Assembly: GCA_046350615.1 (NCBI GenBank)
Contig: JAXMAA010000003.1
Location: forward strand, 9,695 to 73,694
Source of the DNA: Candidatus Saccharimonadales bacterium
GTDB taxonomy: Bacteria > Patescibacteriota > Saccharimonadia > Saccharimonadales > UBA7683
Direction: 5' to 3'
DNA length: 64,000 nucleotides
Part shown: positions 1 through 8,527 of the stretch, in pieces
Layout: every line of letters starts with the position of its first letter
Numbering within the stretch: position 1 is the stretch's first letter
Made by a program: the position numbers and the translations under genes
Notes under the pieces: generated by a model
What the model was told of the DNA's origin: nothing
The model's input: the letters and a program-made list of their open reading frames with translations, nothing else
Database searches by the model: none

Positions 1-2
1 GA

Positions 3-647
3 ACGAATGCACTCAGGCAAATGAGAGCCAAGGAGCGTCGAACGACCAGCTTTACCGGCCATTACATTGATGCTCTGCAAACCTTTGCTGAGCGCCTGGG
101 CTTCTGGCCTAAGCTGGTCTTTGACCGAGGCTTTGGCAATGAGTCATTGGTGACTCATTTGACAGCCGAAGGCTGCACGTTCTACATTCGCCTGAAAGGT
201 GGCCGGTTCGTACACCTGGACGGGCAACGGATTGCAACCAAAGCACTTGCCCAAACAGATGCTACCGCTGAGCTGTTTGGTCTGACCTTACGTATTGTCC
301 GCAGCCCCAAGAACAGACGAGCCAAAGAGCCATGGTATATTCTGACCAACGACCAAAACAGCAGCCGAGACAAGGTTGTTAGGATATACTACCACCGCTT
401 TGAGATTGAAGAGACATTCAGAGATATGAAGCATATCTGGGAGCTCAAACGTACTCGCCTCAACAAGCCCAATAGCCTGAAAGTAATTATGTGGCTCGTC
501 AGTATCGGTATTGGATTGCTGTATCTGGTGGCGAAGCCTACCAAGCATGTCGGGTGCTTCCACTCAAAGAAACAGATATCCTGGCTCCGCCAGGCCTACG
601 AACAACTGCAGCAAGCCACGAATCTACTGCTGTGGGGTCAGGGGTGA
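3..647 (+). CDS. IS4-family DDE transposase, C-terminal portion (frame open to left window edge)
   Basis: 208-aa ORF; same frame has no stop back to nt 3; YYHRFEIEETFRDMK fits the Y-x2-R-x3-E-x6-K signature of IS4-type DDE transposases; DRGF motif upstream. Confidence 0.7.
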   Translation, partial: TNALRQMRAKERRTTSFTGHYIDALQTFAERLGFWPKLVFDRGFGNESLVTHLTAEGCTFYIRLKGGRFVHLDGQRIATKALAQTDATAELFGLTLRIVRSPKNRRAKEPWYILTNDQNSSRDKVVRIYYHRFEIEETFRDMKHIWELKRTRLNKPNSLKVIMWLVSIGIGLLYLVAKPTKHVGCFHSKKQISWLRQAYEQLQQATNLLLWGQG

Positions 648-666
648 GGATGGAAGTGTGGGTGGT

Positions 667-1437
667 TCAGCTGTCGGGTCGCGCAAAGTACACAAACTCA
701 AAAATATCTAACTTTTCTTCTCCCTCTGCAAACTGCCGTGATTCAATACCATCTTTCGTGATGATTACTAGCTCACCGGGATTTATGGAGCGCTCGTGAG
801 CTGCTTCTACTACATCAAGCCCGTAGGTTTCAGAGGCGACAACATAGCCATCCGCAGTTCTCCCGAGCTCCAGGGGTCGTATCCCTTTCGGATCTCGAAA
901 CGCGACGATAGTGTTGTCGTGAAGGGCTACACTGGAATATGAACCCCGTAATAATGGCGCGGTGAGTTCTACAGCGTCTGCCAGATCATGATTACCTCTA
1001 ATGTGTTGTGCAACAGCAAGCGCTTGCATTTCAGAATCGTTTTGTTCGCGTATGCGCAGCCCGTTACGCTGTAAAAACGTTTGCAGCTTATCGGTAAGTG
1101 GTAGGTTGCCGTTTGTTGCTAAGGAAAATTCGATATCTGGCGCGACCACTGGCTGTAAATGCGCATACTTCGATCCGTTTGTCGAGTAACGGTTATGTCC
1201 AATCGCAAGATTACCAGTCAGCCTTTGTATTATCTCATCGTCGTAGACATCACGCACCATGCCCGGCTGTCTGTGCTCGTGCAGTTCACCATTATCGGAC
1301 ATCGTTGTTATGCCGCTAGCTTCGACTCCCCTGTGCTGGAGCGCAAACAATATGTGATAGAGCTGGCCTGCGGCGCAAACCTCGTCATTATTTGCTGCGA
1401 CCGCACCAACGGCGCATTTCTCTTTCAACTCTCCCAT
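667..1437 (-). pseudogene. purF: amidophosphoribosyltransferase (PurF) fragment: glutaminase domain only, PRTase domain missing
   Basis: Short propeptide plus Cys (MGELKEKC), AIGHNRYSTNG; ends ...FEFVYFARPDS* where the PRTase domain should begin; its stop lies about 20 nt from the transposase stop. Confidence 0.6.
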
Positions 1438-1480
1438 TTCATAGGCTAGTATAGCGTATTGTTTGTGTTATTTTGAGCGA

Positions 1481-1509
1481 TTGAAAATCTAACAGTAATC
1501 TAGTATGAT
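1481..1509 (+). promoter_or_regulatory. sigma70-like promoter for the tRNA-Thr/tRNA-Tyr unit
   Basis: TTGAAA (1481-1486), 17-nt spacer, TATGAT (1504-1509), about 24 nt upstream of tRNA-Thr. Confidence 0.45.
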
Positions 1510-1532
1510 GTAACAGTTCTCGAACAAGGTAT

Positions 1533-1609
1533 GCCACCTTAGCTCAGCTGGTTAGAGCAGCTGTTTTGTAAACAGCAGGTCGTCGGTTCGAATCCGACAG
1601 GTGGCTCCA
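1533..1609 (+). tRNA. tRNA-Thr (anticodon UGU), CCA encoded
   Basis: Cloverleaf by eye: acceptor GCCACCT/AGGTGGC, anticodon stem GCTGT/ACAGC with loop TTTGTAA, T-arm GTCGG-TTCGAAT-CCGAC. Confidence 0.9.
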
Positions 1610-1626
1610 AGCTTTGACGAGTCAAA

Positions 1627-1658
1627 GCAATTAACAAGTAGCAATTAACAAGTAGCAA
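1627..1658. repeat. 14-nt tandem repeat GCAATTAACAAGTA, 2 full copies plus partial third
   Basis: Identical units at 1627-1640 and 1641-1654, then GCAA; preceded by perfect hairpin GCTTTGAC-GA-GTCAAAGC (1611-1628). Confidence 0.85.
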
Positions 1659-1710
1659 CGCATAACTGTTTCGCAGAGAATTATTACAAAAGTCAAAGAC
1701 TTTTGGCAGA

Positions 1711-1744
1711 AATTGTAAATTGATAATTGTAAATTGATAATTGC
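1711..1744. repeat. 14-nt tandem repeat AATTGTAAATTGAT, 2 full copies plus partial third
   Basis: Identical units at 1711-1724 and 1725-1738, then AATTGC; preceded by hairpin CAAAAGTC-AAA-GACTTTTG (1687-1705). Confidence 0.85.
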
Positions 1745-1766
1745 TTTTAGCTTTAGCCAAAAGCCT

Positions 1767-1852
1767 GCTGGGATAGTGAAGCGGTCAAACACGGCAGACT
1801 GTAAATCTGCTGGCTTATGCCTTCGTAGGTTCGAATCCTACTCCCAGCACCA
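1767..1852 (+). tRNA. tRNA-Tyr (anticodon GUA), long variable arm, CCA encoded
   Basis: Acceptor GCTGGGA/TCCCAGC, anticodon stem GCAGA/TCTGC with loop CTGTAAA, T-arm GTAGG-TTCGAAT-CCTAC, class II variable arm. Confidence 0.9.
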
Positions 1853-2035
1853 CAGATTGGAGCATACAGGACGTTAGAACTTTTCTAGCGTCTATTTTTG
1901 CTCTTGTTAACGACCAGCTGCTTTATAATGATAGAAATGAGATCCGCAGAGTTTACCGAAGATTTTTTTGAAGAGTGCGCCGTGGTAGAAGTATTGGGAT
2001 CTCGCGTGGTCTTAGCTGTACTTCGTGGAGAAAAT

Positions 2036-3070
2036 ATGTCACTCAGCACTCAGGGCTCGAAAGCCCCAAATGTTTTACCGATTCCAGATGATGTAGTTGA
2101 ATGCAATGAGGAAATACTTACCACCCAGACATGGTTAGAGGATGGTGAGTTTCCAAGAAGATATGTCGATGCAGCCTCCTTTCCGGTCACATCAATACCT
2201 GATCTAGCTATAGGTCGGGTAGTGCACTACCATCAGGGTCGCTCAGAAGGTGATATGCGCAAGACGGCTTGGGTTTGCATTGGCCCAGATCAACTAGCAT
2301 TAGACGAAGTAAATGCTATAACTCAAGAACAACTACAAACACGTGAGGAGTTGCTAAGAAGGCGCGCAGCAGACTTAAGATCAGAGAGATATTATGCAAG
2401 AACCAGAATTGAGCGACTGGATCCTGGTCAGCCCTTTATGCTATTTGAAAATGCAGAAATAAGGCATCGTGAAAGTGGCAAACCTTTTATGTTTATTCCA
2501 GACCGTATATTCGTAAGTGAAAAGCGTGGTCCCCAGCGTCTCAGGGTTGCTGCCACAATTTTAACCCCAGATGACGATGAGTATTTCGGCTGGGAACGTA
2601 GGTATACTTCAAATGGTGCGGAGCTTCTTAAAGAACTGCACCGGCCTTTCGGAGATGAAGAGTTGGGTGTTCCAATGATTAAGGTTGATGTGTATACGTC
2701 TAGCCCACTCGGTGGCCACAAAAAGGCGCGCGAAGAACAGAAGCTTGAGCTCACTATAAACGGTGAAAGGTATTGGAGCGCAGTTGATCCAGAATATTCG
2801 CTGTTCGCAGATTTTGAGCCGGATCACGACCTTCTACACATGACAGATAAGGGTTTCGACGATTATATAGAGGTTGAGCGTCAAAGTGATGGTGATTTGT
2901 TATATTGTGACTTTCAAGTAGCTGGCAGGCCAAAGCCTAACGTTTTTTATAGGGCCCCAGGCTCCGAAGAATTGGTACGAACCGGTGCTGATTCTCCTGT
3001 AAGGGTACTTTTGCCGCTCGACCTTGTAGTACTAGGAGAAATAGAAGCAGAGTTCCCCGGGCTTTTCTAA
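2036..3070 (+). CDS. hypothetical protein (344 aa from the SD-supported ATG; ORF track starts at 1898)
   Basis: GGAG 5 nt upstream of ATG 2036; no motif recognised. Confidence 0.6.
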   Translation: MSLSTQGSKAPNVLPIPDDVVECNEEILTTQTWLEDGEFPRRYVDAASFPVTSIPDLAIGRVVHYHQGRSEGDMRKTAWVCIGPDQLALDEVNAITQEQLQTREELLRRRAADLRSERYYARTRIERLDPGQPFMLFENAEIRHRESGKPFMFIPDRIFVSEKRGPQRLRVAATILTPDDDEYFGWERRYTSNGAELLKELHRPFGDEELGVPMIKVDVYTSSPLGGHKKAREEQKLELTINGERYWSAVDPEYSLFADFEPDHDLLHMTDKGFDDYIEVERQSDGDLLYCDFQVAGRPKPNVFYRAPGSEELVRTGADSPVRVLLPLDLVVLGEIEAEFPGLF

Positions 3071-3240
3071 GAGGAGTTGCCACAGGGAATTGTTAAGGCA
3101 GTTAATGGATCGCATAGAAAGATCTTGGGAACTTCTTATGTTGATTGGTCTGATCCAGGATGGATTAGAGGTTTTTCGTAGTCGTTAGCTCATTGGTGGC
3201 AGTTGGCCTTGTTGTCTCTTGAGGTAAGTGTTGCGGGTGG

Positions 3241-3900
3241 TTACATCACCACTTTTCGTGGCTGTTTTATTTTTGGGGCTTTTTGAATTTTTACCTTAGC
3301 CTTCTTGACTGCAGACTCAATTTTTTTGGCGTCATCTTCTCGGCCAACTTTTCGGTAGGCGCCAGCAACAAGGGAGTATGTTTGCTGATTAGGTTGTAGC
3401 TTGGCGGCGTGTTCTAAGGCCTCTACCATTTTTTTGTCGTTCCCGAGTTTTTCCTGTACCTTTGCGTAGGCGATGTAACGCACAGGTATATCATCTTCTT
3501 CTTCCATGGCGGATTCAAGGGTGTGGGCGGCTTTTTGTAACTCACCGACTTCCATATAGACGAGACCGAGATTGTTGAGTGTTGAAGCGTTAGGCTCAAG
3601 ACTATGTGCTATCTCGAAGCATTCTATGGCATGCTCGAAGCTGCGCTGTTTGGCATAAAGAATACCAAGCCGGTTGTAAGCACCGGCGTTGCGCTCATCA
3701 AAGCGTAAAATGGTTAACAGCGCACGCTCGGCTCGTAGGAATTTGTTTTCCTTCAGTGATTGAAAGGCATCATCCCACAGGCGTTGTAACCGGTCTCCAA
3801 CACGTTTGGTGACAAGCTCTTCGGCCTGCTCCTCTGCGTTGGCAGTTGCATAAATTGTCCACGTGCCAATGGCGAGTACAGCTAATAATGCGTAAATCAT
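3241..3900 (-). CDS. membrane-anchored TPR-repeat protein
   Basis: N-terminal TM (IYALLAVLAIGTWTIY); repeated 34-aa TPR pattern (AGAYNRLGILYAKQRSFEHAIECFEIAHSLEPN, TLNNLGLVYMEVGELQKA). Confidence 0.75.
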   Translation of the reverse strand: MIYALLAVLAIGTWTIYATANAEEQAEELVTKRVGDRLQRLWDDAFQSLKENKFLRAERALLTILRFDERNAGAYNRLGILYAKQRSFEHAIECFEIAHSLEPNASTLNNLGLVYMEVGELQKAAHTLESAMEEEDDIPVRYIAYAKVQEKLGNDKKMVEALEHAAKLQPNQQTYSLVAGAYRKVGREDDAKKIESAVKKAKVKIQKAPKIKQPRKVVM

Positions 3901-3925
3901 TAGTGAGTATTATAGCATTCTTTTG

Positions 3926-4756
3926 TTAGAGGTTTTCAATCAGCTTTGTAAGTTGTATTTTTACACTCGCATTTCGCGCACTGATGTCTTTGGCTACTTC
4001 TTCAATCACTTCTGCTTGTTGCATGAGCTTTTTAAGGCGTGCAGCATTCGTTTTATTTGCTTGCACGAGACTATCTACAATGATAGCGAGCGTATCCAGA
4101 AGATCGATTGCCCAACTTCTTTCAAATTTCGCCATAATGCATGTGAGATGCCGTTGGTAGTTTGGGCCACTATAAAATTGTTTAGCTGTGTTGATTCTTG
4201 CAAGATGTGACTTTTGCAACTCAGAATTTTCTAATAAGCGAAATAGGCGGCCTGGCATCATATCGACGCTGCGCAAGAGCGATTGTATCTCATCAACTGG
4301 AATACTAGAACGTTCTTGCGCAGTGGCAACAATTTGATCTGTGGGTGGTGGGAGTACCTCAATATGCTGTGTGCGGGATTGAATGGTGGCAAGGAGCGAG
4401 TCGCGATGATTTGCTGTAAGGATGAAGTGAGTATGGGCTGGCGGTTCTTCAAGTAGTTTTAAAAATGCGTTTTGTGCCTCGTGGCTCATGGTCTGAGCAT
4501 TTTTAATAATAAGCGTGAGTGGCGACCCGCTCCGTGTGATCTGGTAGAGGTTTCGAACTTGCTCAATTGTAATTGACTGTGTGTCTGGCGCCGCTTCAAT
4601 AATGATTGGCTCACTTTCAAGGCTGGTAGCCAGCCACGTGGCAATAGTGGTTTTGCCTACACCATGTTTACCGCTTAGAATTAGGCCATGCGATGGATTG
4701 GATTGGTGGCGTTCTAGTGCGGCCAGAGTGCGGGAATGTATGATCGGCTGCTTCAT
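3926..4756 (-). CDS. holB: DNA polymerase III delta-prime subunit
   Basis: GLILSGKHGVGKTT Walker A-like motif, NAFLKLLEEPP, SRTQ sensor motif; typical length. Confidence 0.8.
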   Translation of the reverse strand: MKQPIIHSRTLAALERHQSNPSHGLILSGKHGVGKTTIATWLATSLESEPIIIEAAPDTQSITIEQVRNLYQITRSGSPLTLIIKNAQTMSHEAQNAFLKLLEEPPAHTHFILTANHRDSLLATIQSRTQHIEVLPPPTDQIVATAQERSSIPVDEIQSLLRSVDMMPGRLFRLLENSELQKSHLARINTAKQFYSGPNYQRHLTCIMAKFERSWAIDLLDTLAIIVDSLVQANKTNAARLKKLMQQAEVIEEVAKDISARNASVKIQLTKLIENL

Positions 4757-5730
4757 GTTTTGTGATACTCTGTAAATTCTGTGGGTGCCTTAGCATGCCA
4801 TGTTTTTCTGATACCACCGGGGAGTGTTAGTTCTAGTGAGGCTGCATGGAGCATTAGGCGCTGGGCGGTCTCACCATTATAGAATTCATCACCTACAATC
4901 GGGTGCTTAAGGTAAGCGAGATGTACGCGGAGCTGATGGGTGCGTCCGGTGTGGGGTTTGAGTTCTACCAAGGATGTAGTTTGTGGTTGGTGGTCGGTAG
5001 TTTGGAGGACTTTGAATTCGGTTTGGGCGGGTTTGCCGTTGACGCCAGCGCGGAAGGTGGCTGGTTTTTTGGGATTGCGCTCAATTGGTATATCTATCAA
5101 GCCTTCGTTTTCGGGAAGTTCTCCAGATACAACTGCAAGGTACGTCTTTTTTACATTTCTCTGAGCGAATTGTTTTTGCAGATGCTTTTGGGTAGCCGCA
5201 TTCTTAGCCACGATCATTAATCCGCTCGTTGCTCGATCGAGCCGATGCACAATACCTGCTCGATTAGAGCTCCAGAGATCGTCGATTCCGTCATCTCGAG
5301 TGTTAGTCGAAAGATCTGGTGTAGTTTGTATGCCTTCGGCATGACTCTTTTGACTGGATTCCGGATCAAGCCCGGAATGACGCTGAACGTGATTTTTTAG
5401 CCATGTAGCAACCGTGCCCTCCTTGTTAAAAGCACCTTTGGAGTGAGCTAACACACCAACCGGCTTGTTTATAACAACGACATTTTCATCCTCATAGATA
5501 ACTGGTAAATCGATACTATCTGGAGCAAGGTCAAGATCCGTAAAGTCAACCGATATTTGATCCCCAGTCTTTAAGATGTATTTTGATTTCGCCCTTTCTT
5601 GGTTTACTAAAACTTGCCCGCCACCAATCAACTTTTCAATGGCTGAACGTGAATAATCAGGGTAAAGCCGAGCAAGCGTCTTGTCAAGCCGCTCACCAAC
5701 CTCAAATTCCGTCAGAATCTCTTTACTCAC
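4753..5730 (-). CDS. rluD: RluA/RluD-family 23S rRNA pseudouridine synthase with N-terminal S4 domain (GTG start)
   Basis: Catalytic motif GIVHRLDRATSGLMIVAKN; S4-like N-terminus; about 40-aa low-complexity insert before the catalytic Asp. Confidence 0.8.
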   Translation of the reverse strand: MSKEILTEFEVGERLDKTLARLYPDYSRSAIEKLIGGGQVLVNQERAKSKYILKTGDQISVDFTDLDLAPDSIDLPVIYEDENVVVINKPVGVLAHSKGAFNKEGTVATWLKNHVQRHSGLDPESSQKSHAEGIQTTPDLSTNTRDDGIDDLWSSNRAGIVHRLDRATSGLMIVAKNAATQKHLQKQFAQRNVKKTYLAVVSGELPENEGLIDIPIERNPKKPATFRAGVNGKPAQTEFKVLQTTDHQPQTTSLVELKPHTGRTHQLRVHLAYLKHPIVGDEFYNGETAQRLMLHAASLELTLPGGIRKTWHAKAPTEFTEYHKT

Positions 5731-5843
5731 TGGTTTAATTGTACCCTACCCTTTGGTTGGAAAGATAATTCTGCTAATAAATTCGGCTACGCGTCTTAAG
5801 ATTTTGAAGCCAGATTCTTGGCTGATTGGCCGTTTTTCTCCAC

Positions 5844-6392
5844 TCATAGTGAACCACTTTCGGCGAACTGACTTGTTTTAAAGACAGTGTTGACATCATT
5901 TTGCTTGTTGGTGCAGAGATAGAAGTCGGTGAATTCCAGCTCTTTTATGCTCAAAACCTGGTCAATCACGGTTTCATGGTGAATATCGGGCAAAAACCAT
6001 ACAACTTTTATGTACCAAGTTGCAACGGTATACTTATCGCAACGCTTTTTTATAAATTTCACAAGCTCGTGAGTTTCTGAGAGCTCAAACTCAATTGCCA
6101 CATGTTCGGCTCCCGGTAGAGATTCCTCGTTCTTTACAAAAGCATTTTTAACATTGATCTTGAGGGGTAGAAATTTTCTCAAATCTTTCAGAAGTGTGAG
6201 CTGGTTGTTGAGGTCTTTGATGGTAGCATCTGGAATGAAAGTTAAGGTCAGATGACGAAAGATACTATATTGATCACCCTCTGGCTTTTGGCTGTAGTTC
6301 TTTTCAAGCTCATCAAAAAAGGCTTCCTGCTCTGTTGATAGCCGGCCGAAAATACCGAGTACCTTTATAGTATTGGAGGATAGTTCAAGCAT
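5844..6392 (-). CDS. hypothetical protein, weak 2H-phosphoesterase (LigT-like) resemblance
   Basis: 182 aa; one H-x-T-x motif (RHLTLTF) at the position expected for LigT; second motif not recognisable. Confidence 0.5.
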   Translation of the reverse strand: MLELSSNTIKVLGIFGRLSTEQEAFFDELEKNYSQKPEGDQYSIFRHLTLTFIPDATIKDLNNQLTLLKDLRKFLPLKINVKNAFVKNEESLPGAEHVAIEFELSETHELVKFIKKRCDKYTVATWYIKVVWFLPDIHHETVIDQVLSIKELEFTDFYLCTNKQNDVNTVFKTSQFAESGSL

Positions 6393-7448
6393 TTAACGCA
6401 GACCGATGGCCTTTTGAACTTTTAGGAGAGTAAGGTTGGCGACTTCGTTCATCTTGGCCTCCGAGGCTTCTAGTTTGGCTTGTAGGGCGTTTTGATCTAC
6501 GGTTGCTAGTTCTGCTTGGAATTTAGTTAAGAATGCCTCTACTGCCTCTGAGGTGGCTTTTTTCAGCTCGCCATACTGAGTTTGACCTCGATACATATCA
6601 ATGACCGCGTGGAGGTCTTTACCGCTGAGAAGCGCTAGAATTTGCAAGAGATTACTCACTCCCGGTTGGTTTTGGAGGTCGTAGTTAATTTCGCCTATGC
6701 TATCAGTAGTGGCACTCATGATTTTCTTAGCGGCAACAGCTAGTTCATCACCGAGAAAAATGATGCCTTTACCGCTTTCATCGGACTTACTCATCTTTTT
6801 GGTTGGATCTACGAGATCTTTTATCCTCAGACCCTGTTGATTTTCTGATTTGTCGGCTCCACCTTGGCCAAAAAATTCATGCTGCTCTTTGACGGTTTTC
6901 GGAAGAGTAAATAGCTCTTGATCAAATTTTGTATTGAGACGCTGCCCTAGATCACGTGTGATTTCAATATGCTGTGATTGATCATCACCTACGGGCACGA
7001 ATTCTGCGCCATAAAGAAGAATGTCACAGGCCATGAGTACCGGATAATCAAATAAACCAACAGTTACGCGGTCATTGCCAAGTTTAGCGGACTTGTCTTT
7101 AAACTGCGTCATACGTTCCATTTCGCCCATGCCGGTGAAATTATTGAGCAGAACTGTGAGTTCGCTGTGAGCTGGCACGTAACTTTGACGGTAAATGTGG
7201 ACATCGGGATTATCGAGCGGTAAGCCGGCAGCCACGAATAAATGCAAGTTGTGCATTATCTGCGCCTGAAGCTGGCTATGGTCGATTGGTGTGGTAAAAC
7301 TATGTAGATCTGGTACAAACAGGTTTACTTGATACTCACCCGCATGTTTCTTTGCCATATCAATCAGTGGCAACAAAGCTCCAAAGTAGTTGCCAATATG
7401 CAGATCGTTATTGGCCCGAAGGCCAGTTAAAATTACTGGTTTACTCAT
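6393..7448 (-). CDS. trpS: tryptophan--tRNA ligase
   Basis: Class I signatures: HIGH-type LHIGNYFG and KMSKS; TrpS-like length. Confidence 0.9.
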   Translation of the reverse strand: MSKPVILTGLRANNDLHIGNYFGALLPLIDMAKKHAGEYQVNLFVPDLHSFTTPIDHSQLQAQIMHNLHLFVAAGLPLDNPDVHIYRQSYVPAHSELTVLLNNFTGMGEMERMTQFKDKSAKLGNDRVTVGLFDYPVLMACDILLYGAEFVPVGDDQSQHIEITRDLGQRLNTKFDQELFTLPKTVKEQHEFFGQGGADKSENQQGLRIKDLVDPTKKMSKSDESGKGIIFLGDELAVAAKKIMSATTDSIGEINYDLQNQPGVSNLLQILALLSGKDLHAVIDMYRGQTQYGELKKATSEAVEAFLTKFQAELATVDQNALQAKLEASEAKMNEVANLTLLKVQKAIGLR

Positions 7449-8523
7449 TACTCTTCTCCATTGTAGCAGTCATTACGACGTATTCTTTCAATAATTGATA
7501 AAACTTCTCTATACTTTCGACAGATATCCATTCATTGTCACCATGAGCTCCTCCACCATCCGGCCTAAACATAATCACTGGTATATCGAGGGCTGCGAAG
7601 AAACGCGCGTCGGATGATCCAAAAGCTTTGGTACGTTCTACTGGTTTACCTATATGCTCTTCATAAAGTGTGACGAAGTTTTCTACGTGCTGGTTAGAAA
7701 GATCTAGCTGGTAATTGTCGCCTTCGACAAGTTTTAATATTTCACCGTTATATTTTTTCAACAAAATGTCTAGTTTGTACTTGATTTGCTCTAGGTCGGC
7801 TTTGTCTTTGTAGCGTATATCGAGCGTGGTGTCAGCATGTGCTGGGCCCTGATTTTCGGCACTTCCTGCGTTTAGAGTGGCTATAGTTACGGTTGAATTG
7901 TTAGTGTCGCTTGTATCGAAGATCTTCTCAACTTCAGAGAGGAAATGGATTAACTTTGCGCCAGCACCATCACCCTCCCACGGTCGTGAACCGTGGTGGC
8001 TCTTGCCATGTATACGTATCGTATGTGCGCTGATACCTTTTGCGGCTATACTCAATCCGCCAAAATTATTGCCCGCATCTGGCAGTATGCAGACGTCTGT
8101 AGTGTAACCCTGTTCCAAAAATGGCAATACTCCGTTAAAACCGCCAAGTTCTTCATCTCCGGAGAACATTAATCCGATGTCGTATTTTCTTAGGTTATCG
8201 CCAAGCTGCTCAATAAGCGTAAGGTATGCTGCTGCCGCAAATAACATATCGTATGCACCTCGGCCATAGTATCTTCCGCCCTCACTTCTAAAGGGCCGAT
8301 CTTCTGCTGGTACTACGTCTATGTGCGCTTGTAGTAACAGCTTGCAATGCCTACCTTTTGAGGTGCTGGCATAGAGACTATTGATTCCGTTTTTTTGCAG
8401 TAGTTTCGTCTGCATGCCGTGCAGTTCTAAGCAATTTTTGACATATTGCAAAAGTTGCAGAACATTTTCTTGATTCGAGCTCACAGGGTAAAAATTTACT
8501 AAATTCTTCAGATGTTGTTCCAT
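7441..8523 (-). CDS. M20-family metallopeptidase/deacylase (ArgE/DapE-like)
   Basis: AHIDVVPAE, GRGAYDM, DEELGG metal-binding blocks typical of M20 peptidases. Confidence 0.75.
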   Translation of the reverse strand: MEQHLKNLVNFYPVSSNQENVLQLLQYVKNCLELHGMQTKLLQKNGINSLYASTSKGRHCKLLLQAHIDVVPAEDRPFRSEGGRYYGRGAYDMLFAAAAYLTLIEQLGDNLRKYDIGLMFSGDEELGGFNGVLPFLEQGYTTDVCILPDAGNNFGGLSIAAKGISAHTIRIHGKSHHGSRPWEGDGAGAKLIHFLSEVEKIFDTSDTNNSTVTIATLNAGSAENQGPAHADTTLDIRYKDKADLEQIKYKLDILLKKYNGEILKLVEGDNYQLDLSNQHVENFVTLYEEHIGKPVERTKAFGSSDARFFAALDIPVIMFRPDGGGAHGDNEWISVESIEKFYQLLKEYVVMTATMEKSNE

Positions 8524-8527
8524 GCGT

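Noticed and set aside
1627-1744. Tandem repeats as a possible CRISPR array
   Set aside because: The units are only 14 nt and directly abutting with no spacers. Two unrelated repeat types are present with 2-3 copies each, and no cas genes are nearby.
1539-1760. 73-aa minus-strand ORF
   Set aside because: It overlaps tRNA-Thr and the tandem-repeat spacer, so it is an artefact of repeats and tRNA sequence.
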